A stretch of 64,000 bases of DNA from an uncultured candidate division Zixibacteria bacterium (lineage in GTDB: Bacteria; Zixibacteria; MSB-5A5; GN15; FEB-12), in NCBI GenBank assembly GCA_963711085.1, contig CAVQCT010000003.1:157022-221021 (forward strand), written 5' to 3'. Positions within the stretch are counted from its first letter, which is position 1, and each line of letters begins with the position of its first letter. Position numbers and translations under genes: made by a program. The notes beneath the pieces were generated by a model. The model was given only the letters and a program-made list of their open reading frames with translations, was not told the DNA's origin and searched no databases. Positions 1 to 9,266 of this stretch are shown piece after piece.

Positions 1-1196
1 TATTTGATCTTGTCACCGGGATAAGCGGAGACCGTATCGAGGCTCAGGGAATAGACTGAAGTCGGGTTGAGATAAATCCTGGAGTCACTCGTGTCGGCGT
101 ACCCCTGAGGATCGCTGGCCACAAAGGTAACGTGATAGGACCCGGTATCGGCGAGCGACGTATGCCAGCTGAGGCGCCCCGGATTGGACATATCGAAACT
201 GGCGCCGGCCGGGAGATTTTCCACATCCCAGTGGATCGGTTCGAAATCAGGATCCTGAGCGGTTACCGAAAGATCGACCATATCGCCCGATTCGGCTGTG
301 ACGGAGTCGGCGACAACGATGACCGGCCGACGGTTACGGTTTATCACGGTGACCGAGACCGGAGCCTTCGCCTGAGCGTGACCGTCGTTCGCAAGAATCG
401 TGAAGTTGAAGGGGGAACCATCGGAAGAATACGGTCCCACGAAATCAGGCTTCCACCGAAGAACGGCAGTGCCGTCGTGATTATCTTTGAATGAGACGCC
501 GCTCGGAGCATTGGAGCAGCTGATCGTGAGGTTATCGCCGTCAAGATCGGTGGCCCGGAAATTCATGATCAGACTATCCCCTTCGAACAACTGCTGATTG
601 GCGATCGGGGCGATTACCGGCGCCTGATTTGCCGCGGCGACGGTAACGCCTCCGGGAACGAAAGCCGGTTTGATGGCCCGGGCGGTTGAGTTCTCCACAA
701 ACAGCAGTTCTCCACCCGGAGGATAGAAGGCACTGTCGATCTTGCTGACTGTTCCGATAGCGGCCGTCTTGGCGATCTCGAAAACCGCGGTGCAGATCTG
801 GCCGTTGCCCGGGGGAATCGGCTCCTCCAGAATGGTAAATACGGTGACCAGGAATTTCCCGGTGGCAGTCGACGGATTGGCCGGATTGACCAGTTTGTTG
901 GAGATGTACGAAGCCCGGGACTGACTGAAGCTGACAGATTTCAGCTTAAGGACAGTGGGGTCGTAGATGATCGGTATCGAAAGCGAACTCACCGGTTCGT
1001 CGTTCTCCATGTAAATTTTGACGGCCACATCCTGCCCGGGAGCGCCAGCGGTCGAGTCGATATACAGCCGGTCGAGCTGACCGAACGGATCAGACTGACT
1101 TGAAGCCGGCCGGGGCAGGCTCAGGATCAGGACTATAGCGCAGAGTACTGGAAAGTACTTTAATGTTAAGTTCTTAAGTTCACGTAAGTATACCAT
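1..1196 (-). CDS. Secreted cohesin-like / cadherin-like repeat surface protein (partial; 3' end lies beyond window start)
   Basis: Minus-strand reading frame opens at ATG 1196 and stays open to position 1. It is absent from the ORF track because it has no in-window stop. My hand translation starts MVYLRELKNLTLKYFPVLCAIVLILSLPRPASSQ (signal-peptide-like). A cohesin-like segment follows (LYIDSTAGAPGQDVAVKIYMENDEPVSSLSIPIIYDPTVLKLKSV). Then come repeats such as NQAPVIAPIANQQLFEGDSLIMNFRATDLDGDNLT and NRRPVIVVADSVTAESGDMVDLSVTAQDPD, typical of cadherin-like/Ig-like surface repeats. Confidence 0.75.
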   Translation of the reverse strand, partial: MVYLRELKNLTLKYFPVLCAIVLILSLPRPASSQSDPFGQLDRLYIDSTAGAPGQDVAVKIYMENDEPVSSLSIPIIYDPTVLKLKSVSFSQSRASYISNKLVNPANPSTATGKFLVTVFTILEEPIPPGNGQICTAVFEIAKTAAIGTVSKIDSAFYPPGGELLFVENSTARAIKPAFVPGGVTVAAANQAPVIAPIANQQLFEGDSLIMNFRATDLDGDNLTISCSNAPSGVSFKDNHDGTAVLRWKPDFVGPYSSDGSPFNFTILANDGHAQAKAPVSVTVINRNRRPVIVVADSVTAESGDMVDLSVTAQDPDFEPIHWDVENLPAGASFDMSNPGRLSWHTSLADTGSYHVTFVASDPQGYADTSDSRIYLNPTSVYSLSLDTVSAYPGDKIK

Positions 1197-1654
1197 GGCA
1201 AACTCTTCTCGTGCAATTCTCAGACCAATAGCCAACTTTCTTGGAGCATACTCCGGCCGACCGCGCGGGCGGTCATCCCTGCCGAAACATACCCTTCCTG
1301 TAACCGTTAAATCCGTTTAATGGTCTGTACAATAGTGACTTACACGTCCACAACGAAGTCGATACCAATCAGGCTATGACATTCCCCCCGTTGATTGGAA
1401 CGCGAAGTGAGAAGAGAGAGATATAGTATGTTGAAAACATCGAAGTCGAATTATGCAATCCCGCAACACAGTGCATAACGGTCAAAATTTGTGGGAATCT
1501 CTTCGTGAGTATTCCGCTGGTCGCCCGACGCAGTAATTTCCATTTTACTGACAGTTTTTTGTGGGGCATTCGGTGTGTCCGGGGTTCGGCATGTTAACTA
1601 CTTATTTACCAATTTCTTAACAATCAATTCTCCGCACTGAGCGGAGGTAATAAT

Positions 1655-1684
1655 CCCCGGAAAGGGAGTTAACCCTTTCCGGGG
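1655..1684 (-). terminator. Putative terminator hairpin downstream of the 1704..4274 gene
   Basis: Perfect 12-bp stem CCCCGGAAAGGG / CCCTTTCCGGGG with a 6-nt loop, 20 nt past the stop codon. A second small hairpin CTCCGC/GCGGAG lies at 1630-1646. The trailing sequence on the minus strand is only A/U-rich (AUUAUUA), not a clean U tract. Confidence 0.45.
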
Positions 1685-1703
1685 TAAAAGTAAACCGATC
1701 AGG

Positions 1704-4274
1704 TTACTTCAGGAGGACCATTTTCTTGGTTTCGCTGAAGTTGTTGGCAGTCAACTTATAGAAGTAGACGCCGGAGGCCTGAGCGGAAGCATCCCATGTA
1801 ATGGTGTGCTCACCAGCTTCGAACGAGCCGTTGAATTCCTTAACCAGCTGACCAGTGATGTTGTAGATGGACAGGCTGACATCGGACTTAACCGGCAGGC
1901 TGAAGCCAATGGTCGTCGTCGGGTTGAACGGGTTCGGGTAGTTCTGACCCAGGCTGAAGTTAGCCGGGAGCAGTTTCGCAGAAACCGTCGCACCGTCGAT
2001 AGTCGCGAACTCGGCACTGATGACATTGCCATTAGCGCTGAGGACGTTACCGTTGAAGACATTGCCTTCCATGCTGAAGACCAGAGCGCGAGTCACGTTG
2101 GCTTCGGCATCAAACGCATACTTCAGTTCCATGTTATCAGCATGGAGCACCGGGGTAACATTACCCTGGTAGGTAACGGCAGCGGCACCAACCGTACCAT
2201 TGACAACGACATTGCCATTGTCAGCAGTGTAGGTGAGTTCCGCCGGAGCGAGCTTCGCATACGGAAGCGCATCGCCCTGGACGACACGGATCAGGTAAAC
2301 CAGGTCGGCAACCGACAGGGAAAGACCATCAGCGTTGACGTCGGAGGCAGCAATCTGTCCCTGGAGATTGATGTGGAACACACCAATACCATAGACAAAG
2401 TAGTTGGAGTACAGAACCGCGTCAGCGATTTCATACTTCACGTTGTTGAGGTTGAGGTCACCACGAGCGTCGATAGAGTCGGCGCAAGCGATGTCAACGC
2501 AACCGTTGCTGAAGCTGACCGCAGGATATGCAGTCTTCGAACCGGAACCGCAAGTACCATCCTGCGGGCCCTGATAGGTCGGATAACCGACAGTACCGTC
2601 GAGGATGTTTATACCGTTCGGCGGGTTCAGCGTGACATCGCCATCGTAAACTGCGTCAGCGATGAGGAGGCTGTCACCGGATCTGGTTGACAGGGCGTTG
2701 TCGCCGCAATCCAGCCAGAAGAACCGAATCGGAATTACCTGACATTCGAACGTCCGGTCGTTGGTGACCAGGAAGTCGAGGTTGAACAGGGTCGACGGAG
2801 TGGGCGCTGCGAAGCAGGACGGATGGTTCGGACCATTGTTCGTCTCGGCAACGGCAACGACTCTCAGCAGGCCGCTCGGGCAAGCATTCGAGCAGTTACC
2901 ATCGGCGCCGTAACGATAGGTGAAATATTCCCATCCGCAACCGGCCGGTCCCCAATCGTCGCCAATAGTGGCGGACTGGAAGGACAGAGCTGAGTTGTCA
3001 TAGCCGATCAACATGTCGTAACCACCGATCGGGCCACCCTGGGCTTCCAGATTGACCGGCACGACTACGTGCTGACCCTGGAATACAAAGTTGCCGGACT
3101 GGTCGCCAACGCAAGGAATGTCGACCTGGTACAGCGAGCCTATGATGATGGACACAGTGAACGTGCAAGTAGAACTCAGATTGCCGTCAGAAGCCTCAAT
3201 GACAACCGGAGCATCTGTTATACCAGTGCTGCCGGCAGTGATATGAATCGCACCATTTGCGTCGACCGTGACTGATGCGTCACCCGGGAGCCCGCTGGAA
3301 ACCAGCGAGAAGGTAACCGGATCGCAGTCGTCGGTAGCAGTAGCGTTGACGGTCGTCGACGTGCCGCTGGACATGCTGACATTACCCGGACAATGAGCAA
3401 CCGGAGCTTCGTTGGTGAAGTTCAGGTTGACTGTCTTCGGAGCGGAATTGCAGCCCGCGCCGGTAGCGACAACCGTAACGCTCACAGAAGCACCAACGTC
3501 AGCAAGAGTCGGCGAATAGGACCAGACACCAGCTGAAGTGATGGTACCGATGCTCGCGGTCCAACCCGTGATCGGGTTCGGAGGAGTCTGCGGCGTTACT
3601 TCATGAGCGTCGAAATCAAAGGTCATCACCGAGCAGTGGCTTCCGGTGAGGGAAGTCGGAGCGTTGTCGATGACCGGGGGTTGACACGGAGGAACACCAG
3701 CCGGGTAGCAGAACGGTCCGCCCCATTCCGGCTTTTCACTCGGGTTACCACTTCCCGGAGCCCAGACCCAAGCATGGGTCGGCGGGCACCAGGCGGAGTC
3801 AAGACAGAGCGTCTCGCCATCGGCGACGCCACCGGTAGAGATTGTGATCGACGGGTAGTCGAAACCAATCGGGAGGCCGACGCCGGTGCTCTTCGCACCG
3901 CCGAAGCCGACCGAGTCTGCACCGGCGCCATCATTGGCTCCGTAGCCATGATAGAAGCCTACGATGAGAGCGAAGTGAGCGGCAGTTGTCCAGCCGCCAC
4001 CGTCCGAACCCGGATAGGGGAGGGTATCAAGCACGGGAATCGTGAAAGTACCACCACCCATCGTGTAGACCTTGTAGCCGTTGTCGACACCGCCGATATT
4101 GTACGGCCGATCGTTAGTGTAACGCAGCGTAAACACGACCGGAGCCCCAGCGATAATTGAATCGGGGGTCCCGTAAGTGCTCGTTACGTTGTCGACCGAG
4201 ATGCTCACGGCATTGGCAAGCCCAAATGAAACGACTAAAGATGCCAGTACCAGGAAAAATGAAATACGTTTCAT
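1704..4274 (-). CDS. Large secreted protein with cohesin-like module, dockerin-like repeats and T9SS C-terminal sorting domain
   Basis: The track ORF is 1704..4280. AGGAG abuts the first ATG, so the second ATG (4274) is the better-spaced start, giving MKRISFFLVLASLVVSFGLANA (signal peptide). Cohesin-like segment: QGQHVVVPVNLEAQGGPIGGYDMLIGYDNSALSFQSATIG. Paired dockerin-type Ca-binding repeats: DLNLNNVKYEIADAVLY and DVNADGLSLSVADLVYLIRVV. T9SS type-A tail: NYPNPFNPTTTIGFSLP...GVYFYKL...KKMVLLK. Confidence 0.9.
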   Translation of the reverse strand: MKRISFFLVLASLVVSFGLANAVSISVDNVTSTYGTPDSIIAGAPVVFTLRYTNDRPYNIGGVDNGYKVYTMGGGTFTIPVLDTLPYPGSDGGGWTTAAHFALIVGFYHGYGANDGAGADSVGFGGAKSTGVGLPIGFDYPSITISTGGVADGETLCLDSAWCPPTHAWVWAPGSGNPSEKPEWGGPFCYPAGVPPCQPPVIDNAPTSLTGSHCSVMTFDFDAHEVTPQTPPNPITGWTASIGTITSAGVWSYSPTLADVGASVSVTVVATGAGCNSAPKTVNLNFTNEAPVAHCPGNVSMSSGTSTTVNATATDDCDPVTFSLVSSGLPGDASVTVDANGAIHITAGSTGITDAPVVIEASDGNLSSTCTFTVSIIIGSLYQVDIPCVGDQSGNFVFQGQHVVVPVNLEAQGGPIGGYDMLIGYDNSALSFQSATIGDDWGPAGCGWEYFTYRYGADGNCSNACPSGLLRVVAVAETNNGPNHPSCFAAPTPSTLFNLDFLVTNDRTFECQVIPIRFFWLDCGDNALSTRSGDSLLIADAVYDGDVTLNPPNGINILDGTVGYPTYQGPQDGTCGSGSKTAYPAVSFSNGCVDIACADSIDARGDLNLNNVKYEIADAVLYSNYFVYGIGVFHINLQGQIAASDVNADGLSLSVADLVYLIRVVQGDALPYAKLAPAELTYTADNGNVVVNGTVGAAAVTYQGNVTPVLHADNMELKYAFDAEANVTRALVFSMEGNVFNGNVLSANGNVISAEFATIDGATVSAKLLPANFSLGQNYPNPFNPTTTIGFSLPVKSDVSLSIYNITGQLVKEFNGSFEAGEHTITWDASAQASGVYFYKLTANNFSETKKMVLLK

Positions 4275-4608
4275 TTTCATCTCCTAATTACTTCGTTACC
4301 ATAATTGATAGATGTTTGACGGCTAACTCGTGTCTCTTTTCCCCCTCATTGTCGTGGTGATTCATCCTCAGGCGAGAGCCAACAAGCCGCGGGAAAATCT
4401 CGAACGACCAGGTCAAGAGCGAGTTAACAGTCCGTTCATTTGAGCGCGCGTTATTCACCCTTCTTTTAAACGTCCTCCTTTCCACTTGTTTGTCGTTAAC
4501 AGGTTTTGTCGCTTACAGGCGACACTTCTTAAGTCTATTATTTATTCTCTCAATTTTCAGTTCGCGCAGTATGTTCGACGTGTAAAATGTGCGTTAATCG
4601 CCACAATA

Positions 4609-5559
4609 TCATGGCTGACAGTTGTTCGGACAGATGGGGGCTCCGCCTGCGAACTGAAAGTCAACCATCGCTATCACATCGCTGATATCCACCACAGCGT
4701 CGCAATTCACATCGCCGGTTTCCACCGGATCGGGAACAGGCCCGCCGCTGAACATATATTCAACGAGGTAGATCAAATCGCTGATATCCACCACCTGATC
4801 CGAACTACCGTCGGCATTACCGCAGGTGTATGAGGGAGGCGTGAGCACGGTGAGCGACCCGTTGTAAATCTTCACATGCGCGGTATCCAGCACGGCCACC
4901 TGCACCGTATCGATGCTGGTGGAATCGCAGGGACCAAAGGTCACTTGCACCCAGTTGACACACACATCGCCAAGCCAGCCTTCGCACAGGTAGCAGTTGG
5001 TATCGGGACGACTCTCGTAAACCCAGGGGATGGAGGTCCCATCGGGGCGAGATAGACCAAAATGGTCCTTAAAATCGGTCTGAATGAGGATATGGACGGT
5101 ACGATCGGTAAGGGTGTCGGGGATATTGTTCACGTTGGCCCGGAATTTGAGGAGCAGCCCGCCCTGTTGCGGTGCGATTCCCGGTTTCGTCACCCCGCCT
5201 GGATAATCGGCAAGACCGACAATATTCAAATCATTGTTTTGACCGGACAGCGAAGTCGCGCGCACGATATCCCATCCGCCGCACATTGTGCCGACCGTGT
5301 CAAGCAGGGTGTCGAGCGTGATGAGATCGGGATTGTCAAGCTGCAGGTAGATATTGAATCCCGCGACGGTGTCGACCAGATTGTCCAGATAGATGGCGAC
5401 CTCAGTACCCTGAACGCCCGGCTGAGAAGTCGTATCGGAGACTTTTATGAGAATGTTCGGAATGGCCGCCCTGGCCGGCGCTGAGAACGACACAAGCGCG
5501 ATCAGCGCGACAACAATACCGAGAGTAACGGATTTAAGGGACGTACGGCAGAAAGTCAT
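4609..5559 (-). CDS. Secreted protein with N-terminal cohesin-like module and C-terminal dockerin-like repeats
   Basis: The track ORF is 4609..5652. The internal ATG at 5559 is preceded by AGGAGGAGAA and gives MTFCRTSLKSVTLGIVVALIALVSFSAPARA (signal peptide). Cohesin-like segment: IKVSDTTSQPGVQGTEVAIYLDNLVDTVAGFNIYLQLDNPDLITLD. C-terminal duplicated dockerin repeats: GNADGSSDQVVDISDLIYLVEYMF and GDVNCDAVVDISDVIAMVDFQF. Confidence 0.88.
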   Translation of the reverse strand: MTFCRTSLKSVTLGIVVALIALVSFSAPARAAIPNILIKVSDTTSQPGVQGTEVAIYLDNLVDTVAGFNIYLQLDNPDLITLDTLLDTVGTMCGGWDIVRATSLSGQNNDLNIVGLADYPGGVTKPGIAPQQGGLLLKFRANVNNIPDTLTDRTVHILIQTDFKDHFGLSRPDGTSIPWVYESRPDTNCYLCEGWLGDVCVNWVQVTFGPCDSTSIDTVQVAVLDTAHVKIYNGSLTVLTPPSYTCGNADGSSDQVVDISDLIYLVEYMFSGGPVPDPVETGDVNCDAVVDISDVIAMVDFQFAGGAPICPNNCQP

Positions 5560-6546
5560 GTTCTCCTCCTGAAGAATCCGAGAAGTGTTCAATATCAATC
5601 CCTTAGCCAGGCCTCTATAACATACTCCTGAGCATAGACAACATCTATGCAAGACACGTAACGATGAAGATTTTAGATTTTTAGCTTATTAGCTGTTGTA
5701 CCAACTGTGTACCTGCTTGTAAATCTTAAGCCGCCCCCACAGCGGTCTTAAGAAAGAAGTATTTACAAAGACAGAGTTGCTCGGAAAGAGGCGGTCTTTT
5801 CAGGACCGGTGTTGTTAAACTTTCTGGGTAGTGAACCTATCATCCGAGCAAAATATATGGCCAAAGGGTCCGATTGTCAATAGAAAAAAGGCAGTAAATT
5901 CGCGGACTCCCGTCGGCGAGGATGTCATTCCTCCACGTTTGGTGTTGAATGAGATCGCTTCGCACACGAGCCTGTACTATCAAGCTCACTTGTTCGAAAC
6001 ATCACCTGTTTCCCGACCCTCCTCCTGCAAGCAACGTGCCCAGCGGTCAGGCCCGACCGGTCATCGTCGACAGTTCCGTCAACCTCGCCCGCTGTAACCG
6101 ATTGATCGGCATAATCCGGAGGGAATCCAATTATGAAGCCATACAGGAAAGAGACGAAGAAACCTCCCCATGCATAGCTTATATGCATATCACTACACAA
6201 TTCAGCCTTTCCCCGGCAACACTCGGGAATGGTAGTGCATTGAAATGTGCGAAAATTGCACAGGACAAAATAATACCGTCAACGGGCGGCGTCGGAGCGG
6301 TCCAGCGCCGGCCGATTCCTCGGAAATCGGGCTTTCTGGACAGTTGCGCACCGCAATTCATCTCGGAATGCCAGGAGGGCAGGCTTCCCGACCGGCGGCG
6401 GTTGCGCAGAATGTGAAGGTCAATGCTTGCCGAAGGGTATCCTTGCCAGACGACACATTCAACATGTCAGTAAGAGATTCCTGATCGTACCGGGGGAGGT
6501 GTCCAGACGAGGGAATTCCTGCTCGCCCGGAGCTCGGTTTTTTAAT

Positions 6547-6574
6547 TTGACAATCAATTCCGGATCGCTATCAT
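6547..6574 (+). promoter_or_regulatory. Sigma-70-like promoter candidate for the 6607 hydrolase gene
   Basis: TTGACA (6547-6552), a 16-nt spacer, then TATCAT (6569-6574), about 33 nt upstream of the ATG at 6607. A run of six T precedes it. Confidence 0.4.
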
Positions 6575-6606
6575 GTGTATCCACAATACAAGTTCGGGAA
6601 ATTTGG

Positions 6607-7521
6607 ATGCCCAGGCTGTCGCGACAGACGAGAGAAGCTATTAAGACTATTGTCGTTATAGTCCTTTTTGTGCTCCTGTTCATTGTTTACGTTATCTACC
6701 CGCTCAATCGCGTCAAGACTCTTATGGGAAGGGAAAACCTCGATTCTTACAATCCCGATTCCCTTGCGATCAATAGTGATACTCTGTTCATCAATGCCGG
6801 ACTGCCGGCCGATACTTTCCGGGTCGACGCCGATGGCCTAACAACGATCGCCGGAGTCTACATTCCCTGCCACAGCGACAGCACAGAGCAGATCAAGGGA
6901 ACGGTCGTCCTGCTTCCTCCGGAGAACAAGACAAAAGATTCGCTGGTAGCTCTCGTTACCGAGTTACATGACTCAGGTTACATTGTTGCCGCCTACGACC
7001 AGCGAGCAAGCGGATCGTCGACTGGCAAGTACCATGGCGAAGGGCTGTACGAGTCCAACGACCTCCAGGCGGTCATCGCCTATCTTGAGATCCGTGGCGA
7101 AGTTAAGCATCCGCTAACCGTGGTCGGTTTCAAGGTGGGAGCCGATGCCGGTCTGCTGGCACAGCAGGAAGAAAAGCGGATCGATGACGTAGTAGCGGTG
7201 AATCCGTACATGACAACCAAATATCTTCTGGACCAGACGCGCGAACGGACCGGTACCCACTGGTTTCCGTTCTATCGAACAATGATCTTCTGGTGGTACA
7301 ACATTCGATCCAGCTATGCCGCGCAGCAGAGAACAGTAGATAAAATCAAGCCGGTCGTCTGCCGAACACTCCTTATCGTCCCTGCTCCCCGGATCTCCGC
7401 ACCGGCCATTGAGAAATTAAAGTCCGTATCGCCTGCCGACAAACTCTCTATCGATACTCAGCCGACCGCCCGTGATCAACTCAATCAGCGCATTGTCGAG
7501 TTCATCACCAGCGGGATTTAG
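6607..7521 (+). CDS. Membrane-anchored alpha/beta-hydrolase-fold protein
   Basis: The track ORF is 6427..7521. The ATG at 6607 gives MPRLSRQTREAIKTIVVIVLFVLLFIVYVIYPL (N-terminal TM anchor). The core reads like an alpha/beta hydrolase (GTVVLLPPENK...GYIVAAYDQRASGSSTGKYHGEG...LTVVGFKVGADAG). The expected GxSxG elbow reads GFKVG. Confidence 0.75.
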   Translation: MPRLSRQTREAIKTIVVIVLFVLLFIVYVIYPLNRVKTLMGRENLDSYNPDSLAINSDTLFINAGLPADTFRVDADGLTTIAGVYIPCHSDSTEQIKGTVVLLPPENKTKDSLVALVTELHDSGYIVAAYDQRASGSSTGKYHGEGLYESNDLQAVIAYLEIRGEVKHPLTVVGFKVGADAGLLAQQEEKRIDDVVAVNPYMTTKYLLDQTRERTGTHWFPFYRTMIFWWYNIRSSYAAQQRTVDKIKPVVCRTLLIVPAPRISAPAIEKLKSVSPADKLSIDTQPTARDQLNQRIVEFITSGI

Positions 7522-7833
7522 CCTCCGTTTGCCACTTCCAGGAAAATTCCTCCGGACGAGAAATATCTAACGGCCTCAGGTCACCATCAGCTTTCGGTGA
7601 TGAACCGGTTCGCAGAATACTCCGGTTGATATGGGGATGGGTGCTTCAAAGCATACGTCGTGGCCGCTTCCAAGCAGTTGCGTCCCGACGAAGAATTACC
7701 CGATCAAAGCCGAATATTCTTCGGGAAAAAGACGATCTTTTTGCCGCTGATTCTGTTATTGATGGCGGGCTCCGTTGTGTCGGAGAACGATTTGTGTATA
7801 TTGAGGCCTGACAAAACCAAGGAGTTTAGATAC

Positions 7834-9024
7834 ATGAGCGCGATACCAATTGCCGATAATGTCTTCTCGATCGGCGTTAAAGATCCGGGGCTTGCCGTAT
7901 TCGACATCATCATGCCGATTGACCACGGCACTACCTACAATTCGTATATCGTACGGGGAAGTGATAAAATCGCCCTGGTAGATGGTGTCAAAGAGGGGTT
8001 TACCGACGAGTGGCTCGCCAATATCGCCGAAGTCTGTCCGATGGACAAAATCGATTATCTTATAGTCAACCACAACGAACCGGATCACAGCGGCTCGATT
8101 CCGGCATTACTGGACAGAAATCCGAACATCAAGCTTTACTGCTCCGGCCCGGCCATCCCGTTTCTGACCAATATTATCAACCGTGAGAGTGATATCACCG
8201 GTCTCAAGGACAATCAAACCCTTGAACTGGGTGGAAAGACCTTTCTCTTCAAGGGAATGCCGTACATGCACTGGCCGGATACGATGATGGAGTTCCTGCA
8301 GGAGGACAATATCCTGTTCTCCAACGATGGTTTCGCAGCGCATCTGTGCACCGACGCGCTCTACGCCGATGAGACTGATCAGACCGTGCTTGATTTTGAA
8401 TTCAAGTACTACTTCGACTCCATCATGCGGCCCTTTACCGGGTATATGCGGCGGAATCTGGTCAAACTCGATGAGTTGGATATCAAAATGATCGCACCAT
8501 CGCACGGGCCGATCTTCAAAAAAGATCCCCGCAGTTATATTGACCTCTACAAAACCTGGGCGGCCGACAAAAGCGAAGGAAGAGAGCTGGTAACCGTTTT
8601 CTATGCCTCAAATTACGGCAACACGAAGTTGATGGCGGAATCGGTGAAGTCGGATCTCGAGGCGGCCGGCTTTGAATCCCAGACGATCGATGTATCGGCT
8701 TTCAACGAAGAACAATTCCGCGTGCAGATCGAATCGAGCAAAGCTGTCCTGATCGGGACCCCCACCTTCAATGGTGATGCGGTCAAGCCGGTCTGGGATC
8801 TGGTCAACTTGTTTTCCACCGTATATTCAATCGGCAAGAAAGCGGCGGTATTCGGATCTTACGGCTGGGGAGGCGAGGGAGCCAAACTGGTCGCGGAACG
8901 TCTGGCCGGTCTCAAGATGAAAGTGTTCGAGGATAATTTCAGGGCCAGGCTGATCCCGTCTTCGACCGAAATGCATGCGATCGACGAGTATACCGGCAAA
9001 GTGATCGAGTTCATCGGCAAGTGA
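7834..9024 (+). CDS. Flavodiiron protein (metallo-beta-lactamase-like diiron domain + flavodoxin domain; O2/NO reductase family)
   Basis: The track ORF is 7660..9024. The ATG at 7834 is preceded by AAGGAG and gives MSAIPIADNVFSIGVKDP, a typical FDP N-terminus. Diiron motif: VNHNEPDHSGS. C-terminal flavodoxin-like segment: VTVFYASNYGNTKLMAESV...GTPTFNGD. Confidence 0.92.
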   Translation: MSAIPIADNVFSIGVKDPGLAVFDIIMPIDHGTTYNSYIVRGSDKIALVDGVKEGFTDEWLANIAEVCPMDKIDYLIVNHNEPDHSGSIPALLDRNPNIKLYCSGPAIPFLTNIINRESDITGLKDNQTLELGGKTFLFKGMPYMHWPDTMMEFLQEDNILFSNDGFAAHLCTDALYADETDQTVLDFEFKYYFDSIMRPFTGYMRRNLVKLDELDIKMIAPSHGPIFKKDPRSYIDLYKTWAADKSEGRELVTVFYASNYGNTKLMAESVKSDLEAAGFESQTIDVSAFNEEQFRVQIESSKAVLIGTPTFNGDAVKPVWDLVNLFSTVYSIGKKAAVFGSYGWGGEGAKLVAERLAGLKMKVFEDNFRARLIPSSTEMHAIDEYTGKVIEFIGK

Positions 9025-9266
9025 TATCTGAATGTGAACTGCGCAGAGTTTCCCGTGTGACGAGACTAATTTTTTTTCGTTGTGGAAGTTATTCAGATTA
9101 AAGGCCTAAGCACCTTTGCATTATTAGCGAATCACAACTTATTCCTGCAAAACTAAATAACCGACCAATGATGATTCATTGGTCGGTGCTGCATTATCAG
9201 GATCCTGTTGACTCTCCCGGCGGATCGTGTATATTTCTGTCTCTTTTAACGGGAGGAACACGAAAC

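Noticed and set aside
6427-6606. N-terminal extensions of several track ORFs (for example 6427, 7660, 9168, 5652, 34467, 47428, 53969, 53893 and 50607)
   Set aside because: In each case an internal ATG preceded by an AGGAG-type site yields a canonical N-terminus or signal peptide. The upstream extension has non-protein-like sequence or overlaps the neighbouring gene.
9160-9187. Perfect 12-bp hairpin (ACCGACCAATGA-TGAT-TCATTGGTCGGT) between the flavodiiron gene and the FG-GAP gene
   Set aside because: There is no U tract on the plus strand, so it is not a convincing terminator for the upstream gene. The T-rich flank is on the minus strand, where no gene ends. I could not assign a function.
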